Source: an uncultured Eubacteriales bacterium
GTDB taxonomy: Bacteria > Bacillota > Clostridia > Lachnospirales > CAG-274
Direction of reading: 5' to 3'
Assembly: GCA_949293325.1 (NCBI GenBank)
Contig: CASFCZ010000058.1
Coordinates: 12,817-76,816 of the forward strand
Length of the DNA: 64,000 nucleotides
Shown: positions 48,465 to 57,715 of the stretch, one piece after another
How the letters are laid out: the number at the start of each line of letters is the position of its first letter
How positions within the stretch are numbered: position 1 is the stretch's first letter
The notes under the pieces: generated by a model
Databases searched by the model: none
What the model was told of the DNA's origin: nothing
The model's input: only the letters and a program-made list of their open reading frames with translations
Made by a program: the position numbers and the translations under genes

Positions 48465-49733
48465 TTATATCCTTCTTATACCGAAAAGTGCGTTAAGTAA
48501 AGCCCAATTCTGGGGAAAGTCCCTTGACAGGTTCCAATAGCCTATACCTGCAAGATTATATTCATCAAGGAGCATCAGCTTGGCATATATACTTCTTGCA
48601 TCCTCAAACCACACCTCATGACCGTCATTGTCATATCTGAAATAGGGTGTCTGGGCAGCTTCATCATACTCTATAACAGCTCCATTTGCCGCCGCTATCT
48701 CTATTGCCTGCTGGGGTGAGATGGATCGCGCCATGGTACCCTTCTGATAGGGCAAAGTCCAGTCATAGCCGTAAAGGGGTATACCCATAAGAAGCTTTTG
48801 GGGCTGTATCTGGGTAACGGCATACTTCACTACATCCTCCACCTTATTAATGGGTGCAACCGCCATGGGCGGGCCGTATGTGTATCCCCATTCATAGGTC
48901 ATAATAAGGGCGAGATTGGCGGCTCTGCCCATAGCATAGTAGTCATGGGCTTCATAAAGGAGTCCACTCTGTGCCGAAGAAGTTTTAGGTGCAAGGGCAA
49001 TCAGGGTTAAAAATCCCTCACTGTTAAGGCGCTTTGTAAGCCGCTCCACAAAGTCTGCATAAGCCTCCTTATCCCCCTGGGGCACATACTCAAAGTCAAT
49101 ATCCAGCCCATAATAGCCCTTGTTATACATATTGACAATAATCTTTTCAATAAGTATATCCTGAAGCTGGGGAGAGTTAAGGAGGGTGTGGGCAAGTTCA
49201 TTGGAAAAACTGCCGTCGGCTGTAAGGGTAGAAAGGAGCATAACAGGCTTAACCCCATAGGAGGAGGCAAGGGCTATAAGCTCCTCATCAGCCGGGGCAA
49301 TAAGGTCACCCTCAGGAGAAAATCCATAGGTAAAAATCGTCAGCATGGTAAGGTAAGGGAGAGCCTTTTCAATAAGTCTGCGGTCCGTATAGGGATAGGC
49401 ATAACCGTTTACAATAAGCTCCCTTCCCCTTTCACTCTCATCATCGTAATGGAGAACCATGGTTTCACCTGCATATATATCCCGACCCAGTACCTGGGGA
49501 TTGTTCCGCAACAGCTGGTTAATATCCTCCCCCTGCATCCTTGCAATGGATGCCACACTGTCCCCCTCCTTTACGGTGTACACCTGTGAAGGACGCCTTA
49601 TAACAAGGGTCTGCCCCGGCACAAGATCACGGGTGGGTGGAGAATTAAGGTTAATAATAACATAAGGGGGCACATTATGACTAAGGGCAATGCTTTCAAT
49701 GGTGTCCCCTGCCTTAACGGTGTGTATAAGCAT
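48465..49733 (-). CDS. yaaH: spore cortex glycosylase YaaH/SleL-like (2 LysM plus GH18)
   Basis: Two LysM repeats (HTVKAGDTIESIAL; YTVKEGDSVASIAR). GH18 core DIDFEY. From memory, collinear with B. subtilis YaaH (MTYEWGY..GPP, YGYDWTLPY, EVWFEDARSI, FPQNW). Confidence 0.85.
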   Translation of the reverse strand: MLIHTVKAGDTIESIALSHNVPPYVIINLNSPPTRDLVPGQTLVIRRPSQVYTVKEGDSVASIARMQGEDINQLLRNNPQVLGRDIYAGETMVLHYDDESERGRELIVNGYAYPYTDRRLIEKALPYLTMLTIFTYGFSPEGDLIAPADEELIALASSYGVKPVMLLSTLTADGSFSNELAHTLLNSPQLQDILIEKIIVNMYNKGYYGLDIDFEYVPQGDKEAYADFVERLTKRLNSEGFLTLIALAPKTSSAQSGLLYEAHDYYAMGRAANLALIMTYEWGYTYGPPMAVAPINKVEDVVKYAVTQIQPQKLLMGIPLYGYDWTLPYQKGTMARSISPQQAIEIAAANGAVIEYDEAAQTPYFRYDNDGHEVWFEDARSIYAKLMLLDEYNLAGIGYWNLSRDFPQNWALLNALFGIRRI

Positions 49734-49878
49734 ATATTACCTCCGATAGTCTGCCTCAGACTATTATATGCCCCAAAGGGCAGGTTATGACGGATATAAT
49801 ACAGCCCCACAGGTTGAAAAAACATAATTACTGTGTTATGCTTAGTTTAACTAATTGCAAAAGTACAGGAGGGGGAAC

Positions 49879-52143
49879 ATGATAGAGAAAAAACTGGGCA
49901 AACAGCTGCGAGGGGCTGTATACTGGGCACTTGCATTAATTGTTATATTCCTTGTTTGCGGCGGCGCACTTTCGGCATACCTCTATAAAACACGGGAAGA
50001 GGTAACCAGAAATCAGGTTATTGCCGAGGCAGAGGAGTACAAAAAGAGGATACTTAAACAGTTCGAGTCGGACTCACGGCTTTTAAGAACCTTTGCAGAT
50101 CTCATTTCCCTTAAGGATAATAACGACCTTCTTATTGAAGAAATAGACAAATTTAAAGCTGATAATCAATTCCTTACCATACTGTACTACAATACCAATG
50201 GTCAGGGAATCATCTCCAATATGGATGAGGATACCATATCAGGGGCAGACCTTAACGCCGTTGCTCCCGAGGCAAGGCAGTCCATCCTCCTTGCACTGGA
50301 AAAGGGAGAGGAATCCGTATCCAGGCTCTTTGAAAGCAATATTTCCCAGACAAGGGTCTTTGTATACACAGTCCCCGTTTACAGAAACGGAGAAATAATA
50401 GGGGCTCTTTCTGCCAGTGACCATATTGAGATATTTTCCGAAATATTGTCAGGGGATACGGTGTTAGGTGGCGGCGGATACATCCACCTGATAGGCTCCC
50501 AAGGCAGGTTTTTGATAAAATCCCCTAAAATGATAGTTAAGGAGAATATACCCACCATATTTGACGGGGCATATCTTTCGGACAGTGAAAAGGAAACCGT
50601 AATGACTGCCCTTACCAATCAGGAAAGGCTGTTTTCCCACTTCAAAAATAACGGAAGCTCCTATTTGTTTCTCCTTGAACCAATAGGCATAAACGGCTGG
50701 TATCTTCTGTGTGTAAACACCGGGGAGGGTCTGGCGGCAAATACCCATGCCTCTGCCCTTGTTACCCAGATAACATTTTTGGGAATATTTATCCTGATTA
50801 TTGTCCTGATGTTAAGGGGATACAGACTGCTACGCAACTACAGCAGGGATCTGTTGGGATACGCCTACCATGACCAGCTTACAGGGGCTGAAAATCTCCT
50901 GAGGTTTCGCCAGAGGCTTTATGAAGCCCTTAACAACGGAGGTGGCAGTGTAGCGGCTCTGAGTATAAGGCAATTTCCCTTTATTAACGAGATATTCGGC
51001 AGGGAAAGGGCTGACAAGCTCCTTTGTCTGATAAAGGAAAAGGCGGAATGTCATCTTACCCAAGGGGAATTTTTCTGCCGTGACACAATGGACAGCTTTT
51101 ACCTCTTTTTCAGGGATACCGAGGAGGATTTATTAAAAAAACGCATTGAGGAATTTATGGAGGACGTGTGCAGAAACACCGATATAAGTCATAAAGACTA
51201 CCGCCTTGCCCTGTACTGCGGCGTTGCTTCAACTACGGAAGTTAAAGACAGTGAAGAAGCGGCGGAGGCACTTATGACCCATGTCCAGTTTGCCCTTTCC
51301 AGTGCAAAGGGTCATCATGACAGCTCAATATGGTTTTTTGACAGTGAACTGCACAAGACGGAGGAGCTGGAAAACTACATTGAAAGTCATATGCACTCTG
51401 CCCTTGAGGATGGGGAGTTTAAAATGTTTTTACAGCCTAAGAAAAACCTTGACACCAACAGGATAGAGGGAGCAGAAGCACTTGTTCGCTGGCATACTCC
51501 CCAGGGCAGGCAGATATTTCCCGACAGTTTTATCCCCCTCTTTGAGAAAAACGGCTTTTGCCTTAAGCTGGATATGTATATGGTGGAACAGGCATGCAAA
51601 CAGATACGTTCATGGACAGAGCGGGGTATTGAGCCTATTGCCATATCGGTAAATCAGTCAAAACTCCTGTTCTTTGAGGAAAACTACATCAGTATGCTGA
51701 AGGACACACTGAAAAAATATAATGTACCTGCCGGTCTTATTACACTGGAAATACTGGAGGGACTTGCCCTTGAAAACGAGGACATTCTTAACGAAAGGAT
51801 AACCGCCCTACAGGCAGAGGGCTTTAAAATATCCCTTGATGACTTCGGAAGCGGATATTCCTCCCTTAACACCCTGGGCAAGCTTAAGATAAACGAGCTT
51901 AAGCTGGACAGGGATTTTCTCCTTAAGGCATCGGGTGAGAACTCCCAACGTGTAAGGCTTATTATGGAATATATAGTAAAGCTGGCAGAAACCCTTGGCA
52001 TATCCACAGTGGCAGAGGGTGTGGAAACCACAGAGGACGAGGAATTTATAAAATCCATCGGCTGTAAAACAGGTCAGGGCTATCTGTACAGTAAACCAAT
52101 CAGCGCGGCGGAATTTGATGAAAAATATATGAGTCGGGATTAA
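49879..52143 (+). CDS. membrane c-di-GMP protein: extracytoplasmic sensor domain, degenerate GGDEF, intact EAL phosphodiesterase
   Basis: ATG at 49879 with an AGGAGGGGG RBS. Two TM segments flank about 270 aa. The GGDEF position reads TMDSF. EAL motifs are intact (EALVRW, NQS, EILE, DDFGSGYSSL, KLD, EGVET, GQGY). Confidence 0.85.
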   Translation: MIEKKLGKQLRGAVYWALALIVIFLVCGGALSAYLYKTREEVTRNQVIAEAEEYKKRILKQFESDSRLLRTFADLISLKDNNDLLIEEIDKFKADNQFLTILYYNTNGQGIISNMDEDTISGADLNAVAPEARQSILLALEKGEESVSRLFESNISQTRVFVYTVPVYRNGEIIGALSASDHIEIFSEILSGDTVLGGGGYIHLIGSQGRFLIKSPKMIVKENIPTIFDGAYLSDSEKETVMTALTNQERLFSHFKNNGSSYLFLLEPIGINGWYLLCVNTGEGLAANTHASALVTQITFLGIFILIIVLMLRGYRLLRNYSRDLLGYAYHDQLTGAENLLRFRQRLYEALNNGGGSVAALSIRQFPFINEIFGRERADKLLCLIKEKAECHLTQGEFFCRDTMDSFYLFFRDTEEDLLKKRIEEFMEDVCRNTDISHKDYRLALYCGVASTTEVKDSEEAAEALMTHVQFALSSAKGHHDSSIWFFDSELHKTEELENYIESHMHSALEDGEFKMFLQPKKNLDTNRIEGAEALVRWHTPQGRQIFPDSFIPLFEKNGFCLKLDMYMVEQACKQIRSWTERGIEPIAISVNQSKLLFFEENYISMLKDTLKKYNVPAGLITLEILEGLALENEDILNERITALQAEGFKISLDDFGSGYSSLNTLGKLKINELKLDRDFLLKASGENSQRVRLIMEYIVKLAETLGISTVAEGVETTEDEEFIKSIGCKTGQGYLYSKPISAAEFDEKYMSRD

Positions 52144-52160
52144 TAGAAAGTCCCGGGAAC

Positions 52161-52197
52161 AGGCAGGGAATTTCAGGCACATTTCCCTGCCTCTTTT
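52161..52197 (+). terminator. intrinsic terminator after the GGDEF/EAL gene
   Basis: 10-bp stem aggcagggaa/ttccctgcct followed by ctttt. Confidence 0.7.
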
Positions 52198-52270
52198 GAT
52201 TTGATTATAATTGACAGAACCTTATAACTATTATAAAATTAAAATATAAACTATAAGGGAGGTATTTATT

Positions 52271-53521
52271 ATGAGGAAAAGCAATTTTTTCATTATGTTC
52301 CTGATACTTGCCCTGTTTATGGGTGTTACAGGGGTATATGGGGCAGGAAGGATTACCGTACTGGTTGACGGCGAACCTATTTCCACCGATCAGGAGGCGG
52401 TAATTGTAAATGGCAGAACTCTGCTGCCCATGAGGGCAATATTTGAGGCATTGGGGGCAGATGTTGAATGGGAAAGTGAAAGCAAAACCGTTATGGCTTT
52501 TACAGATGATGTAGCGGTACGTTTTATTGTAGGTGAACCCTCCATGACCTATGGGGAAATAGGAGGTGTTGCCCAGACCACAGGCCTTGACACAGCCCCT
52601 GCCATTATCAACAGCAGGACAATGATACCTGCAAGGGCAGCGGCAGAGGCACTGGGCTGTACAGTGGACTGGGATGCTGACAACTACAGGGTTACCATAA
52701 CCTCCCCAGGAGGAAACAGGGCGGAAATCACCACCCGGCCAACCACCGAAAGGGTTACCGAAGCTACCACCCGCAGGATAACCACCACCGAAACCACCAC
52801 TGAGGCCACCACTTCAACCTTTGATATTGATATATCCTACGTTTCAGGCTATGGCGGAATGAACAGGAGGGAAACTCCAAACGGACTTGTGGACGGCAAT
52901 ACAGGGACAAAGTGGTGCTCATATCTTTACGATGAGGGTATCTATGCAATATGGGAAAGCTCAAGACCTGTAAAGGTTACAGGCTACACAATGGTAACAG
53001 GCAATGATACAGGCTCATACCCCGGCAGAAATCCCACCGACTGGGTGCTGTACGGATGTAATTCCTCAGGTGAGCCTGACAAGGACAGCAACTGGCAGGT
53101 TATTGATGAAAGACGGGGAGATTCCACTCTGCCATCTTCCAACTACAGCGAAAGATACTTTACAGTATCAGGAGATGTACCTGAGTACAAGTACTTTATG
53201 CTGACAATAGAGGGTGTAAGGTCAGGGAACATATTCCAGCTTTCAGAACTTGCCCTTAACTATGAGGGCAGCGGAGTTGACACACCTTCCGTGGGAGGCG
53301 GAAGCACCCCTGCTCCTACTCCCGGAGGTAACCGTGACCGTATAAGACAATGTGATATGTGCAGCAACGGCAGAGTAAGCTGCCCATACTGCCATGGCAC
53401 AGGCATAGGTCAGACCATATATATTATGGGAATGCCTACACCTCAAAGCTGTACCTACTGCGGCGGTGCAGGCTGGAGAGTGTGTGATAAATGCGGCGGC
53501 AGCGGTCAGATAGAAGAATAA
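52271..53521 (+). CDS. secreted multidomain protein: copper-amine-oxidase N-terminal-like domain, T-rich linker, F5/8-type-C (discoidin)-like domain, C-terminal 4x CxxC zinc-finger-like module
   Basis: Signal peptide. VNGRTLLPMRAIFEALGADVEW stalk-domain pattern. DGNTGTKW...NPTDWVLYGCN discoidin-like pattern. Tail CDMC..CPYCHGTG..CTYCGGAG..CDKCGGSG. Confidence 0.7.
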   Translation: MRKSNFFIMFLILALFMGVTGVYGAGRITVLVDGEPISTDQEAVIVNGRTLLPMRAIFEALGADVEWESESKTVMAFTDDVAVRFIVGEPSMTYGEIGGVAQTTGLDTAPAIINSRTMIPARAAAEALGCTVDWDADNYRVTITSPGGNRAEITTRPTTERVTEATTRRITTTETTTEATTSTFDIDISYVSGYGGMNRRETPNGLVDGNTGTKWCSYLYDEGIYAIWESSRPVKVTGYTMVTGNDTGSYPGRNPTDWVLYGCNSSGEPDKDSNWQVIDERRGDSTLPSSNYSERYFTVSGDVPEYKYFMLTIEGVRSGNIFQLSELALNYEGSGVDTPSVGGGSTPAPTPGGNRDRIRQCDMCSNGRVSCPYCHGTGIGQTIYIMGMPTPQSCTYCGGAGWRVCDKCGGSGQIEE

Positions 53522-53534
53522 TATAAGCAACGGA

Positions 53535-53575
53535 AAGGGGCAGTCATTCAGATTGATGGCTGCCCCTTGTTTTCT
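53535..53575 (+). terminator. intrinsic terminator; left boundary of the AT-rich R-M island
   Basis: Stem aaggggcag...ctgcccctt followed by gtttt. Confidence 0.7.
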
Positions 53576-53591
53576 GTGATCTTTTCTAATT

Positions 53592-54560
53592 CTAAAATGA
53601 TATGCTTTTTGCGACATTATATGCCAACATAACAGGTACTGCATTTCCCACCATTTTATATCCATCAGAAACATCTGTATAGTAAAATATAAATTCATCT
53701 GGAAACGTCTGTATTCTAGCACATTCTCTAACTGAAAGACGCCTGTACAAGCTTTCTTTACCAGGTACAAATATTCGTTTATTTTTTTCTACTAAAATCA
53801 TTTTTGGCGCTTGAGGATGAATAGGCGCATGTCTACCTCCTGCTTGAATCGTAAATGATTGCTCATCCCAACCTCGCACACGATTCCTTGACATATAAAT
53901 TGTCGAAAATCCACCATTCATATATTCATGATTAGGCACAATACAATCACTCCCATTTGTTTTATTTTTATCTTTTGCCTTTATTGCGGTATCTTTTAAG
54001 TCCCATATAGCATCCTTTAAAGTAAGCTTATAGTTCAATGGTTCAGGAAAATTATAATCTATATTTAAATCTTTTCTAAAGCCAATATAAAAAACTCTTT
54101 TTCTATCTTGTGGAACTCCATAGTTAGCTGCATTAGCCAAATTTACAGTTACATTATATCCTACTGCATCAAAATGAGATAATATATTCTGCACAGCTTC
54201 CTTATGCAATTTTGAAAGCATTCCTGAAACGTTTTCCGCTACAAAAAACTTTGGTCTTTTATCTTTTAAAATTCTAATAAATTCATAAAACAATTTTCCA
54301 CGATTATCCTCTATGCCCCGTTGTGCCCCAGCTTCACTCCAGCTTTGACATGGAGGACCTCCAATAATCCCGTCGCATTCTGGAATATCATCTGACGAAA
54401 TGTTTCTAATATCCCTTTTATCAAGCGGTATATTATGATTTTTTTCATAAGTTTCCCATATGGTTTTATCATACTCATTTGCCCACAAAATATTAAATCC
54501 AGCTTTTTTGAAACCTAAATCTAATCCCCCTGCCCCCGAAAATAAACTTATAACATTCAT
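53592..54560 (-). CDS. DNA (cytosine-5)-methyltransferase, M.HaeIII-like
   Basis: C5-MTase motifs [46 protein letters not shown]. From memory, collinear and highly similar to M.HaeIII (GGCC). Confidence 0.92.
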   Translation of the reverse strand: MNVISLFSGAGGLDLGFKKAGFNILWANEYDKTIWETYEKNHNIPLDKRDIRNISSDDIPECDGIIGGPPCQSWSEAGAQRGIEDNRGKLFYEFIRILKDKRPKFFVAENVSGMLSKLHKEAVQNILSHFDAVGYNVTVNLANAANYGVPQDRKRVFYIGFRKDLNIDYNFPEPLNYKLTLKDAIWDLKDTAIKAKDKNKTNGSDCIVPNHEYMNGGFSTIYMSRNRVRGWDEQSFTIQAGGRHAPIHPQAPKMILVEKNKRIFVPGKESLYRRLSVRECARIQTFPDEFIFYYTDVSDGYKMVGNAVPVMLAYNVAKSISF

Positions 54561-54571
54561 TAAAAATTCTC

Positions 54572-55417
54572 CTATACTGTATATGTAATTAGCTTTGCCT
54601 CTTTTAATTGAGCCGGATTATTTGGATTTTTTATTTTAACATTTGTTATTTTGAAATCGGAAATAATTCGACTAATCTTTTCCAAATCGTCATAATTATC
54701 AAATGAATAATATTTATCATTGTTAATAATCGACATAAAATTAAACTTTTTTGAATAATCCCGTTTATATATATAATTAAATACGTTGAACGGATTTTCT
54801 ATCCCCCACATACCACGAACACGCAAATACGTAATTCCTAGTGGATCTACTCTATTAACTCTACCTAGTTCTTTTGTTTCTGAAAATTCTACACCGTTTA
54901 TGCTTTCTACTCCCGTTTTGATAACATTTTTTATTTCTTCATAAACAAGTCTGTCAGCACAATAATCATCACCATATACCAATGCTAAAGACTTGAGATT
55001 ATTTTTATCGACAACACCTACAGCATAAATCATATCTTTTACAGTCCAGTTTTCACAAGTGCGGCATGCATTTTTAATCATGGGGCTATCAGCAAATAGT
55101 TTTGCTTTTGGATAACTGCTGTTCAATGCCAATGATGCATCGTTTGATTCTACTTTTTTAACCTCTATTGCATCACCACCACGTAACATAGAGTCAGGTG
55201 GATTATTCTGATTTCCCAAATAACTGAATACTTCTGATAATTTTTCATTTCTTATATTCTCATCTTTTTCATTTACCGTTCCTGCAAAAATATCTTTAAT
55301 ATATTCCTCTAAAGCTTCCCCCATATTATTCGCTCTATTATGACTTTCGGAATAAACCCTCAATTCAAATTTAGTATTTGTAACAAGTTGTATTATTGCG
55401 TCTATAATATTTGCCAT
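54572..55417 (-). CDS. type II restriction endonuclease (probably NgoPII/HaeIII-type partner)
   Basis: ATG at 55417 with an AAGGAG RBS. PD-(D/E)xK-like motif [16 protein letters not shown]. Its stop overlaps the MTase RBS (11-nt gap). Confidence 0.65.
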   Translation of the reverse strand: MANIIDAIIQLVTNTKFELRVYSESHNRANNMGEALEEYIKDIFAGTVNEKDENIRNEKLSEVFSYLGNQNNPPDSMLRGGDAIEVKKVESNDASLALNSSYPKAKLFADSPMIKNACRTCENWTVKDMIYAVGVVDKNNLKSLALVYGDDYCADRLVYEEIKNVIKTGVESINGVEFSETKELGRVNRVDPLGITYLRVRGMWGIENPFNVFNYIYKRDYSKKFNFMSIINNDKYYSFDNYDDLEKISRIISDFKITNVKIKNPNNPAQLKEAKLITYTV

Positions 55418-55764
55418 TATAAATTTCTCCTTGATTTTATATGTTAACAAAGCCAAAAGTGACTGATTGAATATATTGTAAAACTTAATCAAGCCAGTAA
55501 ATCATCCCTCAATCTTTCTGTCAGCTAAAATTATAATATAAAAATACAAAAATGGCAATACCAATAGAAATTAGTCATTTTTTACGCTCCTAATGGCAAC
55601 TTAAGGTAATTAAGAATTCATCAAAAAATCTTCAAACATATTACCACAACAATAACAAAAACGCAGCATTCCTTATCTTATCTCTTATTTCACGTTTTAG
55701 GTGTCTATAAATTCTATTTACCACCTCCTAAAGCGTAATATCTGATATTCATAATAAACTCAAT

Positions 55765-55896
55765 CTACCGCCTGACCTTATTTCCCCCAAGCCATCTGCT
55801 TAGCTTTTCCAAGGCCCTGACATTTTCCCTTGTAAAAATAATGGACTTTCTTCCGTAAAAACTACACTTAAGCCTGTTTTTCAATTTACTGCTCAT
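55765..55896 (-). CDS. possible 43-aa ORF (or gene remnant) downstream of trmB
   Basis: GGAGGG 4 nt upstream of the ATG. Product MSSKLKNRLKCSFYGRKSIIFTRENVRALEKLSRWLGGNKVRR. Host-like GC content. No family recognised. Confidence 0.2.
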   Translation of the reverse strand: MSSKLKNRLKCSFYGRKSIIFTRENVRALEKLSRWLGGNKVRR

Positions 55897-55946
55897 AAAG
55901 CCCTCCATATATAAAAAAGAGCCGCACTAAGTACAGCTCTTTGGTA

Positions 55947-56615
55947 TTATTCTGCCATATCCTCCGGCAATTTATTGTAATATGCCTCAAGGCGATAGAT
56001 AGGCATTCCCTTACCTGAAAACTTTTCCTCATACTCGGTCATTACATTGCCCTCATAGTCGGAATTATGCAGGTCAAGGGATATATTATGAAGTCGCCAG
56101 CCCTTATCGGCAATTTCGTTAAGGCTGAACTCAAAGAGGATCATATTATCCGTCTTCATAAATATCTCTCCGCCCTTACTGCCGAAAAGCCTCTCGTATA
56201 TGTTAAGGAAGTTTTTATGGGTAAGCCTGCGCTTAGCCCACTTTTTTCTCCTATGCCAAGGGTCACAGAAGTTGATATAAAGTCTGTCTATTTCCTCCGG
56301 AGCAAAGATCTCCTCCATCCCCGCAACATCTGCACAGATAAAGGCTAAATTATCCCCCACCTCTGCAAGACGGCTCTTTTTAAGGGCGGTAACTATAATC
56401 TGCTCCTCCCTTTCCACACCGATAAAATTAATCTGGGGGTAAAGCTTACTCATTTTAGTAATAAACTGACCCTTGCCACAGCCTATCTCCACATAGATAG
56501 GATTGTCATTGCCGAAAAATTCCTTCCACTTACCCCTGTTTTCAGCAGGACCGGAAACAATGCTCTTATTTGAGCTAAGCTCCTCCTCTGCCCAGGGCTT
56601 TTTCCTGTAACGCAT
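55947..56615 (-). CDS. trmB: tRNA (guanine46-N7)-methyltransferase
   Basis: SAM motif VEIGCGKG and the FCDPWHRRK motif. Confidence 0.92.
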   Translation of the reverse strand: MRYRKKPWAEEELSSNKSIVSGPAENRGKWKEFFGNDNPIYVEIGCGKGQFITKMSKLYPQINFIGVEREEQIIVTALKKSRLAEVGDNLAFICADVAGMEEIFAPEEIDRLYINFCDPWHRRKKWAKRRLTHKNFLNIYERLFGSKGGEIFMKTDNMILFEFSLNEIADKGWRLHNISLDLHNSDYEGNVMTEYEEKFSGKGMPIYRLEAYYNKLPEDMAE

Positions 56616-56633
56616 ATATAAATAATTCCTTTC

Positions 56634-57473
56634 TTATTCCACCGTCCTGATAAGATAACACATATCCCCCTCCGAGGGCGTCTTATCCTCCAGGGGCTTT
56701 ATTTCGTTAAATCCCTGTATGCCTGCCTCCAGCCTGTAGTCAGCCTTGTACTGCCAGGGCACGCCAAACATAAGTGCAGCCCCCTGTCTGCCCAGTATAA
56801 GGTGATGAAAATGCCTGCAACCGTATACCACAAGGGGATCCCTCATATATTTCCACAGGGCGCCCACCATTGCAAGCTCCCTTATGTTTATCCTTATCCA
56901 TTCTCCCTGACAGCCGAAAAATGGCTCTACCCGCTCATGGCGGTTAAAAAGCAGATCCCTTTCATCAAGCTGTGCATACTCGTTAAGCTCCTTTATATCA
57001 TCACTTAAGCGGCATACAATAGACTTAAAGACCTCCTTTTCCTGGTCATCGGATCCTTTATCCTCCGGCTCCTGCTTATCTGCCTCAGGCTTATCTGCTT
57101 CAGGCTCCTCTGGCCCCTTTTCCTCCTCCTGAGGTGGTTCCTCCTTAAGCATAAAACATTTTTGCCAATCATACTCACCCTTTACAAAACCTATTGACAC
57201 AGGCTGTAAATCCTCTGAAATAACCGCCAACGCCCTTATGCCACGGGGGTCTGCCGTCCTTACCTCACATCTGAGGGCACATCTGCCTCTGCTGTCTGTA
57301 TTAAGGGGCTGTGGCAGCAGCTGGTATGTATCCTCCCACAGAAGATAGGGTCTGCACAATTTGTCTGTGGGTATCCCGTTAAGCTGTAGGGTAACCCTGC
57401 ACTTATCCCCCTCATATTCCAATACCGCCCTGCCCTTATCCATTGACAGGGGTATCCTGCTGTAGTTATTCAT
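56634..57473 (-). CDS. hypothetical protein with a central acidic P/E/K linker
   Basis: AGGAGG RBS 6 nt before the ATG at 57473. Two globular halves separated by EEPPQEEEKGPEEPEADKPEADKQEPEDKGSDDQE. 18 nt upstream of trmB. No family recognised. Confidence 0.55.
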   Translation of the reverse strand: MNNYSRIPLSMDKGRAVLEYEGDKCRVTLQLNGIPTDKLCRPYLLWEDTYQLLPQPLNTDSRGRCALRCEVRTADPRGIRALAVISEDLQPVSIGFVKGEYDWQKCFMLKEEPPQEEEKGPEEPEADKPEADKQEPEDKGSDDQEKEVFKSIVCRLSDDIKELNEYAQLDERDLLFNRHERVEPFFGCQGEWIRINIRELAMVGALWKYMRDPLVVYGCRHFHHLILGRQGAALMFGVPWQYKADYRLEAGIQGFNEIKPLEDKTPSEGDMCYLIRTVE

Positions 57474-57679
57474 CCCCATGCCTCCTAAAAGCCTTTGGAG
57501 ATACTATATGCGGCAGGTATGGGCTTTATGCAGACAGGAATAAAACTCACTGCCATTAATTATAGATTATATTTGCCAAAATGTAAAGTATAAAACAAGC
57601 CATACCAAAAAATAAGCTATGCCTTTAACGAAAGTGCTTACAGGCATTACCTGCATGGGTATACACTTTTCAACATGCT

Positions 57680-57712
57680 AAAAGGAGCCGTCCTGCAAAA
57701 GGCGGCTCCTTT
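57680..57712 (-). terminator. intrinsic terminator of the LRR-dockerin gene
   Basis: Minus strand reads aggagccgcc-ttttgca-ggacggctcct followed by ttt. Confidence 0.65.
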
Positions 57713-57715
57713 GGA

